From Candidatus Staskawiczbacteria bacterium (GTDB lineage: Bacteria > Patescibacteriota > Minisyncoccia > Minisyncoccales > Staskawiczbacteraceae): a DNA stretch of 64,000 bases. Of this stretch, positions 56,696 to 64,000 are shown piece after piece (the first letter of the stretch is position 1; the number at the start of each line of letters is the position of its first letter). The notes under the pieces were generated by a model. That model searched no databases. It saw nothing but the letters and a program-made list of their open reading frames with translations, and was not told the DNA's origin. Made by a program: the position numbers and the translations under genes. The stretch spans positions 2,290 to 66,289 of the forward strand of contig JAPLZF010000009.1 of assembly GCA_026395175.1 (NCBI GenBank), written 5' to 3'.

Positions 56696-57706
56696 ATGAA
56701 AAAAAAATTAAAAATCGCGCTCGCCATCGGCTTTTTGGCTCTGCTAATTGTTTCATTTGTTATCGGATGGATTGTCAGAGACATGTATTTTGGCAAAGGA
56801 CCCACCCGGACAGCGCCTCTGCGTCTTACCGGATTTGAATACATAAAACCGCTTTTAATATGCGACACCAACCCTGAAAAAAAATATCCGGAATTAAAGC
56901 CGCTGGAAACAGAACTCACTGATTTCATAGATAAGCAGAAAGCAGCAGGCAAAATAGACACTGCTTCCATTTTTTTTCAGGATTTGAAAACCGACGGCAA
57001 GATAGACATAAACAAAGACGAAAAATTCGAACCAGCATCCTTGACCAAAATTTCTGTTATGATTATGATTTATAAAATGGCTGAAATCAATCCTGCAATT
57101 CTTTCAGAAGAAATCAAATATTCAGGAGGAGAAGACCTCAATTCCAGCCAGGAGATAAAACCCAAAGATTATGCTAAAATTGGCGGAGTGTACACCGTGA
57201 ATGAATTGATTGAAAAAATGATCAAGTATTCAGACAACATCTCTGCCCATCTGCTTATCAATTTAATAAATGACACTACCGCCCAATCATTATTCAGCGA
57301 CCTGCAAATACCTTTTCCCGAGGATTCCCAAAAATCAAACACAATGACCACGAAAGATATTTCTTATTTATTCAGAATTTTATATAACGCAACTTATCTG
57401 CCGAAAGAATCATCGGAAAAATCGCTCCAGCTTTTAAGCGAAATAGATTATAAAAACGGATTATCGGCCGGCGTTCCTAAAAATGTTGTTGTTTCCCATA
57501 AATTCGGCTTATTCAGCGTCAAAGACGGAAGCACAAATAATATCATTCAAAGACAGCTCCACGATTGCGGAATAGTTTATCACATTAACGACCCGTATCT
57601 TTTATGCGTTATGACAAAAAGCTCTTCTGACATTCCTGCCATTGAAAACTTCATAAAAAATGTTTCTAAAATGGCTTATCAGCAAGTAGATAATTATTCT
57701 AAATAA
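56696..57706 (+). CDS. Membrane-anchored serine hydrolase of the class A beta-lactamase fold (PBP-like)
   Basis: PASLTK (SxxK), YSDN, SHKFG, HDCGIV; single N-terminal TM. Confidence 0.8.
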   Translation: MKKKLKIALAIGFLALLIVSFVIGWIVRDMYFGKGPTRTAPLRLTGFEYIKPLLICDTNPEKKYPELKPLETELTDFIDKQKAAGKIDTASIFFQDLKTDGKIDINKDEKFEPASLTKISVMIMIYKMAEINPAILSEEIKYSGGEDLNSSQEIKPKDYAKIGGVYTVNELIEKMIKYSDNISAHLLINLINDTTAQSLFSDLQIPFPEDSQKSNTMTTKDISYLFRILYNATYLPKESSEKSLQLLSEIDYKNGLSAGVPKNVVVSHKFGLFSVKDGSTNNIIQRQLHDCGIVYHINDPYLLCVMTKSSSDIPAIENFIKNVSKMAYQQVDNYSK

Positions 57707-57723
57707 TCAGCATAGTCAGCGCA

Positions 57724-57756
57724 AACTAAAAACCGCCCATTGGGCGGTTTTTAGTT
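57724..57756. terminator. Bidirectional intrinsic terminator
   Basis: Perfect inverted repeat AACTAAAAACCGCCC-ATT-GGGCGGTTTTTAGTT between convergent genes. Confidence 0.9.
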
Positions 57757-57793
57757 CTATCTCTCTAACTTTGTCACAAGCAAAGCGAGGATA

Positions 57794-60700
57794 TTAGTTA
57801 GCGTAGATGACTGATGTTCCGAGAGGAGAGCCTGGCAATAGGTAACCATTTAAGTAGTCGCCTGTGCCTGCGGTCACAGAATCGCTGTGGCTGGCAGATC
57901 CTTCGTCAGACCAGATTACGCTGTAAACTGTGCCTGAACCGGAACCTCCTGTTGCAGTATGCAACGAATAGAGGTAAGTGCCGCTCATTTGATCCATAAA
58001 CCTCTTGGATGAAGCGATAGCATAATTCAAGCTGGCTGTTGTATCGTTTGCTAACTGGGTAACAACAGAGTCTTTGGCTCCGCTTGACTGCGAGAACCCT
58101 GAAAGAGTGGCGTGCAAGCTGTATGTATGGCTTGAGCCCTGTCCAATTTCCTTTTCAGTTAAGAACTGAACGTAAACTGGCAAAGTTACTGTTCCAGTAG
58201 CTGTTGCAGTTACAGAAGTTGCTGTGCTGACGATGGAATAACCCAGTCCGTCAGAAATTGCAACTCCGGTTGAACCTGTGTTGTCAGCTGCCATTGTCAA
58301 AGGAACTCCGTCCTCGTACAACTTGAAGGTGTTCAATGCCGGTGTGCCTGCGTTCTTTGTAACTGATATATTGAACTTCAATTGCTTCAATGTTATAGGA
58401 CCTTGGTTTCCGGCTGCGACAGTAAAGTTATAAATTTCCTGGTCGCCGCTGGAGTTAGTTCCGGCAATAGCATGCTGTGTCAATGTTGGCTGTGACTTCA
58501 CAACAGCAATGGCATTTCCTAATCCGGCTGTGCCGTTAGTTGTTGCAATAGTTATGCCAGTAGCAGAAGTCAAGTTGCCGTATTTTGTTCCACCGCCTTT
58601 AACTGCGCCTGTGCTGTTCAACGCCTCAACATAAGTTAATGTAGGCGTGACAGTTTGAAGGTCTGTGCAGTTTGCGGCAGTGCTTACAATGACTGGATTT
58701 CCCAAGTTGTAGTATAGGTCAATATACTTTGTTGAACCTGCTGCAATAGGAATGCCTCCATTTGGAAGAACGAAGTATGCCGTATCATTTGTAGGTGTAG
58801 TGGTTCCGCTTGGGAAAGCAAAGGCTTGAGTTGCCAATACAGTGCTTCCATCTCTTAACTCAGCTGAGTTAATAATGCCTGATTCTCCAACGTTTGAAGA
58901 TATACTAGGCACGGAAAACTGCAATGCAGTCAATGTGTAAGAATCGTTTTGAGCTGTGAATTTATACCTTCCTGCTAATATTGGCGCGCCTCCAGGAACT
59001 ATTTCAATGCTTGAAGGAACGTTAGCAAAGGTAGGTGTAAATGTGCCACTTGTCCATGTGATTGTCTGACCTGTTGTAGAGACGTTTATTGTTCCGCCAG
59101 TAACAGTCTGCGAAGAATTTGCAGTAATGCCAGAAACATAAAGTCCTGTGGTGGCTACTGCCGAAGTAGAACCAGCTGCAGTTCCTACGTTTCCATAAAT
59201 TGACATATCCCATGTCTGTCCTGGTAATATCTGGTAATTAACTGCCCATGTTGGCGTTAAAGTAGAAACAGTTGCTTTTACCGGTGTGATAAGAGTAGAT
59301 CCGTCTGGCTTGGTTGCTTTAACATAAAGATTGGTTGTGTCGCCAGAAACATAGTTTAAGGTAACTTCAATATCATTTATGTTGACTGCTTCTGTTGTGT
59401 TGGCTGTTAATGTGAAATCACCTAATTTGTAATTTGACACAGGAAGAACAGCTGATTGGCTTGTGTAAGCAGTGTATTTTGACAATGTCAAAGCTCCTTG
59501 ACCGATTGTCAATGTGTTTCCATTTACATTAGCTGAAGGTGTGGAAACAGCTGATTTTGAAACCTGCGCCTCTGCGTTTGAAGAGCCTTTTATTATAGTG
59601 GCGTATATGGCGTCTCCATTGGTTACAATATCGGGTGTAGTACCAGAGTATTCTTTAATGTCTGACCTGATTTCCAATATTACTGGAGAACCTGGGTTGA
59701 CTATTAATGAAGAACCTAAGGTAAATTCTTTACCTGTTGTGACATCGCCTTCTGTAACAGTTTGAGTTGTGCCGATTTGCACGCCATTGGCATACAAAGT
59801 GACATTTCTGAAGTTTGCTACACCGGCAGTTGTTGAATCAACGATTCCAACAAACAAGCTGGAAATTTTAACCGGCTCGCCGGCTGCGGAGACATCGTAT
59901 TTTGCCAAAGTAGCTCCTGGAGCGCCCAATACCACTGTGCCAGATGGAGAATCTGTTCTCTTGGCAAATGTGACTGTGCCGGAGTTAATTGAGCAAGCGG
60001 TTGTCGCGCAACTCTTTCTTTGCGTGAAAGCAATAGATGAATCAGTAACTGTTGGGACTGTTCCAACGCCGATTTGGCTGTCAACGAAGACAGCGTCAGC
60101 AGAAACTCTCACAGCATAAGCGAATGTCTTTGAAGAGCCGTTAACAATGTTTGCTAATACTTTGACAACTCTTGTTCCTGTCTGTAATGCAACAGGAGCA
60201 GATGACAGGTCAAATGTAATGTATCCATTAGCATCTGCCTGTGCTACAGCTGAACCGACATTTACGCCATCGATATTAAGTCGATAGTTTACTATGTCTG
60301 TTGCTGAAGCGCTTCCCAATTGATACAAAGCTAAACGGTTAAAAGTTACAGCTCTTGTATTTACGGTCAAACTGTTTTGCCAGATAACATAATCATTTTG
60401 AGGGTCAACGGCTCCTGAAACAGGAGTTGGCGCTGCGCCGGCAAAATTAACGTTTGCTAAAGTGGCACTGGCAATCATATCTACATTGCCTGCAAGTGGG
60501 AATGTTCCTCTTACAGAACTTGCATTTGTTGTAACGTCAGTAGAAGCTTTAATAGCCACGCCAACTGTTTGGCCAGCTGAACCTAAAGCTATATCAGATA
60601 CTACTTTTATTGTAATGGAACCTCCAGCTGGAACTGTAAACAATCCAGTTGGGTCGTTGAAAGTTATTAATCCTGAAGAAACGCTGGCAGCGTCTGTCAA

Positions 60701-61453
60701 TCTATGCGCGCCATTATACAAATAGACGCTTTCAAGAGTGGCATCTGCTGCAACTCCTGTCCTTGTTACTTTCAAGTTAGTTACTTTCACCGGAGCATTA
60801 TCTCCGTTTACGAAAGTATAGTGGGCTAAGTCAGCTGCTGCTTGAGATGGAGTAGCTGAAATGCTGGTAGAACCAGAAACCAATACTCCCGGGGCTGGGT
60901 TGTCGGATGCTAATTGCACCGCCAATCCTGCGCCTGTTGGGATAATTACTCCGCCGGTGTTTCCGCCGGTTGTTCCAAGAGCTGCGTTTAATGCTGCTCT
61001 TGTCATAGGACCAACCTGATTTGCAGGTGTCATCCCGTTGGCTGCCTGGTATTTTTTAACAGCTGCTAAGGTCGCTGGACCAAAGTAAGTTGTTTCATGG
61101 CCAGGTGAGCCTGCGCCTGTCAATGCAACTTGAGTTGCAGCTGATGTGTTTAAGAGCGATTGTAAACATTTTACATCTGCTCCTATTGAACCAGTTGTCA
61201 AATTGCGGGTAAATGAAACCCCTGAGCATGTGCCAGTTCCTGCGTTTGCCGGTGGTGTTACTGGTGCTGTACCATTTAATGAAGCTGTAACATTAGCAAC
61301 AGTTGTAGCATCTGCTCCAAATGATTGAAGCAAGCTGATTATTGCTGATATTTGCGCGCTTGTTAAAGCAGCGGCTGAAGCTCCGGCAGGTACTAGCATA
61401 ACAACCAATGACAATCCAAGAACTATCGATAAGATTTTAGTTTTTATACTCAT
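57794..61453 (-). CDS. Large secreted S-layer-like surface protein with peptidoglycan-binding domain
   Basis: Signal peptide (…PAGASA); PG-binding FTRNLTTGSIGADVKCLQSLL…YFGPATLAAVKKYQ…VGPMTRAALN; ~1000 aa T/S/G/A/V-rich beta region; strongly biased GCA/GCT, ACA/ACT codons. Confidence 0.75.
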   Translation of the reverse strand: MSIKTKILSIVLGLSLVVMLVPAGASAAALTSAQISAIISLLQSFGADATTVANVTASLNGTAPVTPPANAGTGTCSGVSFTRNLTTGSIGADVKCLQSLLNTSAATQVALTGAGSPGHETTYFGPATLAAVKKYQAANGMTPANQVGPMTRAALNAALGTTGGNTGGVIIPTGAGLAVQLASDNPAPGVLVSGSTSISATPSQAAADLAHYTFVNGDNAPVKVTNLKVTRTGVAADATLESVYLYNGAHRLTDAASVSSGLITFNDPTGLFTVPAGGSITIKVVSDIALGSAGQTVGVAIKASTDVTTNASSVRGTFPLAGNVDMIASATLANVNFAGAAPTPVSGAVDPQNDYVIWQNSLTVNTRAVTFNRLALYQLGSASATDIVNYRLNIDGVNVGSAVAQADANGYITFDLSSAPVALQTGTRVVKVLANIVNGSSKTFAYAVRVSADAVFVDSQIGVGTVPTVTDSSIAFTQRKSCATTACSINSGTVTFAKRTDSPSGTVVLGAPGATLAKYDVSAAGEPVKISSLFVGIVDSTTAGVANFRNVTLYANGVQIGTTQTVTEGDVTTGKEFTLGSSLIVNPGSPVILEIRSDIKEYSGTTPDIVTNGDAIYATIIKGSSNAEAQVSKSAVSTPSANVNGNTLTIGQGALTLSKYTAYTSQSAVLPVSNYKLGDFTLTANTTEAVNINDIEVTLNYVSGDTTNLYVKATKPDGSTLITPVKATVSTLTPTWAVNYQILPGQTWDMSIYGNVGTAAGSTSAVATTGLYVSGITANSSQTVTGGTINVSTTGQTITWTSGTFTPTFANVPSSIEIVPGGAPILAGRYKFTAQNDSYTLTALQFSVPSISSNVGESGIINSAELRDGSTVLATQAFAFPSGTTTPTNDTAYFVLPNGGIPIAAGSTKYIDLYYNLGNPVIVSTAANCTDLQTVTPTLTYVEALNSTGAVKGGGTKYGNLTSATGITIATTNGTAGLGNAIAVVKSQPTLTQHAIAGTNSSGDQEIYNFTVAAGNQGPITLKQLKFNISVTKNAGTPALNTFKLYEDGVPLTMAADNTGSTGVAISDGLGYSIVSTATSVTATATGTVTLPVYVQFLTEKEIGQGSSHTYSLHATLSGFSQSSGAKDSVVTQLANDTTASLNYAIASSKRFMDQMSGTYLYSLHTATGGSGSGTVYSVIWSDEGSASHSDSVTAGTGDYLNGYLLPGSPLGTSVIYAN

Positions 61454-61499
61454 TTTTGTGTTTATTTTTTTGTTAATTTTTATTTTTTTATTTCTCGCC

Positions 61500-61553
61500 T
61501 GTCGACCTTATCGCTCGCGATTTTACGTACTAATCACGAACAATGGCTCGTCA
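61500..61553 (-). promoter_or_regulatory. Structured leader hairpin upstream of the S-layer-like gene
   Basis: AUUGUUCGUGAUU / AAUCGCGAGCGAU form 13 bp with three G-U pairs on the mRNA strand; extendable by CGAGCC/GGUCG. Confidence 0.5.
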
Positions 61554-61567
61554 AATGTTAAAGTAAA

Positions 61568-62290
61568 CTACTTGCTTATAAGCAAGATTTTTTCCAGCGC
61601 GTCGGTATATTTCCCCTGATTATACAAATCTTCAATATCTATTAATGTCTTCTTTTGGCTGTCTGTCAAAGTTGTTTTCTGCAAGTCGGCAATTTGGCTC
61701 TGCGCTACTATTTGGTACAAATCTTTCACGTCTGAATTTTCGCTCAAATCCGTTCCCGGCACATCAGCTAATGTTTTCAGGCTGTTTGCAATTTCTTTAA
61801 GCGTCTGCGGGTCTTTGACCGGATTCTTTTTCAAACTTTTTGCCAGTTGGGACATATTAGCATTAATCTCGCTTATTGCCGAAGGAATATTGTCTGTCCT
61901 ACCTTCCTTGGCAACTTTAGCCAAGTCATTTATCCTGCTGCTTAAAATTGCAACATCCTGATTTAATTTTGTCTGTCCTGCCAAAGATGCCTGCGATTGC
62001 TCGGCTATTTTCTTTACTGGAAATAACAAATCTCCCGGCATTGCATATTTAACAAAACCAAAAACCCCGGCAATCAATAAAAGAGCAGCTGCAAAAGAAT
62101 AAGCAAATTTTCTCTGAAAAAACAATGATTGTATGACGTTCATAATCCCAACCTGATTTGCCGGAATTGCAATTGCTTTCTGTTCGGTCAAAATCTGCGA
62201 TTTAAGTAAAACAGCCCATTCTTTTCTGGGCTTGATTTCTTTCAGCTGTTTTAGTGAATTTATAAGTTGTTTTTCTGTTGTTTTAGTCAT
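61568..62290 (-). CDS. Putative membrane anti-sigma factor (DUF5667-like)
   Basis: Directly downstream of the ECF sigma gene; N-terminal cytoplasmic part, one TM, then AMPGDLLFPVKKIAE (PGD.L.P.K..E motif); SD AAGGAG. Confidence 0.6.
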   Translation of the reverse strand: MTKTTEKQLINSLKQLKEIKPRKEWAVLLKSQILTEQKAIAIPANQVGIMNVIQSLFFQRKFAYSFAAALLLIAGVFGFVKYAMPGDLLFPVKKIAEQSQASLAGQTKLNQDVAILSSRINDLAKVAKEGRTDNIPSAISEINANMSQLAKSLKKNPVKDPQTLKEIANSLKTLADVPGTDLSENSDVKDLYQIVAQSQIADLQKTTLTDSQKKTLIDIEDLYNQGKYTDALEKILLISK

Positions 62291-62310
62291 TGTACTCCTT
62301 GTATAAGTAT

Positions 62311-62337
62311 GACGTTTGGCAGAGCTGTTTTGTTACA
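62311..62337 (-). promoter_or_regulatory. ECF-type promoter (SigX/SigW-like)
   Basis: Minus strand TGTAAC-N17-CGTC between the sigma and anti-sigma genes. Confidence 0.6.
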
Positions 62338-62339
62338 AA

Positions 62340-62846
62340 TTATGATTCCTTTATAAATCCTTTCAAATCTTTTAATCCTCTGTGCAACATTACCCTTACT
62401 GTGCCTGCCGGTTTGCCCAATAATTGGGCTATATTGTCTATTGGCATATCTTCCAAATAATGCCAAATAATTATGTCTTGATGCTCGGGTTTAAGCTTTT
62501 TGATGGCCTTTTTCACAACCTCAATGTCGGCGCTTAAAATTGCCTTATTATGGGCGTTTGTCCCAGGGTCGGCTATCTGTGGGCTGGCATCAACTGATAT
62601 TGTCCTATCCCTACCTTTCTCTCTATAATGGTCTACAACCGCATTCCTGGCTATTTGGTATAAAAAGGCGCTTTGGTTTTTAATATCAGAACCTTGTTTT
62701 TGATAGGACTCCCAACCTTTTATAAATACCTTAGATGTGATATCTTCTGCTACCTCTTGGGAATTCACCTTCAAATAAACAAACCTGTATATTTTATCAA
62801 TATATTGGTCGTAAATCTTACCAAATTGTTCGTTTAAACTATCCAT
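62340..62846 (-). CDS. ECF RNA polymerase sigma factor
   Basis: Region 2 AEDITSKVFIK…AFLYQIARNAVVDHYR; region 4 IAQLLGKPAGTVRVMLHRG. Confidence 0.92.
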   Translation of the reverse strand: MDSLNEQFGKIYDQYIDKIYRFVYLKVNSQEVAEDITSKVFIKGWESYQKQGSDIKNQSAFLYQIARNAVVDHYREKGRDRTISVDASPQIADPGTNAHNKAILSADIEVVKKAIKKLKPEHQDIIIWHYLEDMPIDNIAQLLGKPAGTVRVMLHRGLKDLKGFIKES

Positions 62847-62859
62847 CTAATAAGGTTTA

Positions 62860-62888
62860 ATATTACACTGAAAATGATAAAAAGTCAA
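62860..62888 (-). promoter_or_regulatory. sigma70-type promoter of the ECF sigma gene
   Basis: TTGACT-N17-TAATAT, 13 nt before the ATG. Confidence 0.6.
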
Positions 62889-62904
62889 CGATTTTAAAGC
62901 AAAA

Positions 62905-62939
62905 TGTCCTATCTATTATATTTGTCCTAACGTGTCCTA
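62905..62939. repeat. Three TGTCCTA direct repeats
   Basis: Copies at 62905-62911, 62923-62929 and 62933-62939. Confidence 0.75.
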
Positions 62940-63536
62940 TCTCTTTACCCTGTAAACTACCTGATTAAAATCCCCTAATCTTACTATTTTGCCTGACTCG
63001 AGCAACTCGTCCAAATCCCTTCTTATTGTTCTTTTTGTAATGTCGGGCAATATTGTCTGCAAATCCATAACCTGCGCCTTATCGTTATTTTCTAAAAATT
63101 CAAGAATTTTTCTTTGCCTGTCTGACATAGAAAAATCAGGAGTTTTTGGCTCCATATCATTTAATACGGATTTAAATGATATTTGCGCGCTTTCTTGAAA
63201 AACAGGCAATTTTTTTGTTAATTCAAGAATCGGCTCAATTTCTTTTTTTATTTTTTCGTATTCATTAGAAATTATAAGGCAGTTTGATGAATTCAGCCAG
63301 CCCTGAGTTTTGCCAATCCAAATATAACCCAAAAAAATATCAATGTCTTCCAAAAGCTGAGTTTTTATTTTCTCTTTCTGAAAAGACGCCCAACCACTGG
63401 TTTCATTGAGCAAAATCAAATGCTCCATTATTGCCAAAGCTTTGTCTTTTGCCCTGTTTTTCAATGGATCTGATTCTGGAAAAAATTCCAGCACTTTATA
63501 AACCGTGTTTGTTAATTTTAGAAACTTATTTTCCAT
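62937..63536 (-). CDS. Four-helix-bundle-like N-domain plus C-terminal DeoR-type winged HTH protein
   Basis: C-terminal SDRQRKILEFL…ITKRTIRRDLDELLESGKIVRLG (DeoR HTH); N-terminal VYKVLEFFPESDPLK resembles the IVP four-helix-bundle start. Confidence 0.65.
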   Translation of the reverse strand: MENKFLKLTNTVYKVLEFFPESDPLKNRAKDKALAIMEHLILLNETSGWASFQKEKIKTQLLEDIDIFLGYIWIGKTQGWLNSSNCLIISNEYEKIKKEIEPILELTKKLPVFQESAQISFKSVLNDMEPKTPDFSMSDRQRKILEFLENNDKAQVMDLQTILPDITKRTIRRDLDELLESGKIVRLGDFNQVVYRVKR

Positions 63537-63621
63537 AGCATTTAATCCCTAAATTTAACAAAAAATATACAAAAAGTAAAGCGCATTTTTTGCGCGGACA
63601 CTTTTTGTAATTATATCATAA

Positions 63622-64000
63622 CTATTTTGAGGTTGCGAATTGTCCGCAGGCTGCCTGAATGTCGTCGCCAAACCGGTATCTTTGAGTGTATCGTATCTTT
63701 AGTTTTTCCAATATTGCGCGAAAAGCTTGGACTCTTTTTGTATCGGAAGGCTCAAAACTTCCAGCCTGCCCCGTTTGCGGGGTTTTATTATACAAAATCA
63801 AATTAACAAAATATAATTTTCTATCCATTATTTTTGCCAGTTCTTTGGCATTATTATCTGAATCATTCACACCCTTAATCAAAACATATTCAAACATTAC
63901 TTTTCGGTTTGTTTCTTTAATATATTCGTCAACTGCTTTCAAAACATCTTGCAAAGGATATTTTTTGTCTATTGGCATAAGTTCCCTTCTCAGTTTATCG
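63622..64000 (-). CDS. rlmN: 23S rRNA/tRNA m2A methyltransferase, radical SAM (3' part; runs off window end)
   Basis: LMPI, FEYVLIKGVND, VNLILYN, GDDIQAACGQ (catalytic Cys). Confidence 0.9.
   Translation of the reverse strand, partial: DKLRRELMPIDKKYPLQDVLKAVDEYIKETNRKVMFEYVLIKGVNDSDNNAKELAKIMDRKLYFVNLILYNKTPQTGQAGSFEPSDTKRVQAFRAILEKLKIRYTQRYRFGDDIQAACGQFATSK

Noticed and set aside
56696..57706. Antibiotic-resistance beta-lactamase
   Set aside because: SxxK, SDN and KxG are present but the omega-loop E166 context is not recognisable and the protein is membrane anchored; more likely a PBP-like hydrolase.
16..63198. Numerous short ORFs in the track antisense to or overlapping long genes (e.g. 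16-309, 6342-6866, 29023-29604, 33733-34320)
   Set aside because: Shadow ORFs of well-supported genes with no recognisable motifs.
63581..63595. GCGCA-TTTTT-TGCGC hairpin after rlmN as a terminator
   Set aside because: Stem of only 5 bp with an interrupted U-tract; too weak to call.

Overview
AT-rich bacterial chromosomal segment. Its gene content (peptidoglycan-binding surface proteins, a DUF5667-like anti-sigma/ECF pair, a four-helix/DeoR-HTH protein, mostly SD-less overlapping genes) suggests Patescibacteria/CPR (Parcubacteria-like); this is inference. The window is bounded by partial murB (left) and partial rlmN (right). About 49 kb (5537-54228) is one surface-glycan locus in three blocks: minus 5537-23680, plus 23772-36799, minus 36783-54228. 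It has PglF/PglE/PglC-like initiation genes, about ten glycosyltransferase domains, two Wzx flippases, CDP-3,6-dideoxyhexose/branched-sugar genes, GDP-fucose/perosamine-type genes, eight methyltransferases and a sulfation module. It is flanked by an O-antigen-ligase/OTase-like TPR protein and three secreted peptidoglycan-binding proteins, two of them large and Ser/Thr-rich (one S-layer-like). The most unusual element is an in-frame pyruvate kinase-ATP sulfurylase (Sat) fusion, directly followed by APS kinase and a sulfotransferase, with a Mesh1-like HD hydrolase nearby: a candidate self-recharging PAPS supply for glycan sulfation. Also notable: a YerE-like ThDP enzyme plus aminotransferase for a branched sugar, an antisense Gmm-like Nudix unit, a G7 tract in a 15-bp promoter spacer, structured leaders on both big surface-protein genes, and an ECF promoter between sigma and anti-sigma. 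No rRNA, tRNA, CRISPR array, transposase or integrase was seen. All family calls come from motif recognition by eye, not database searches.
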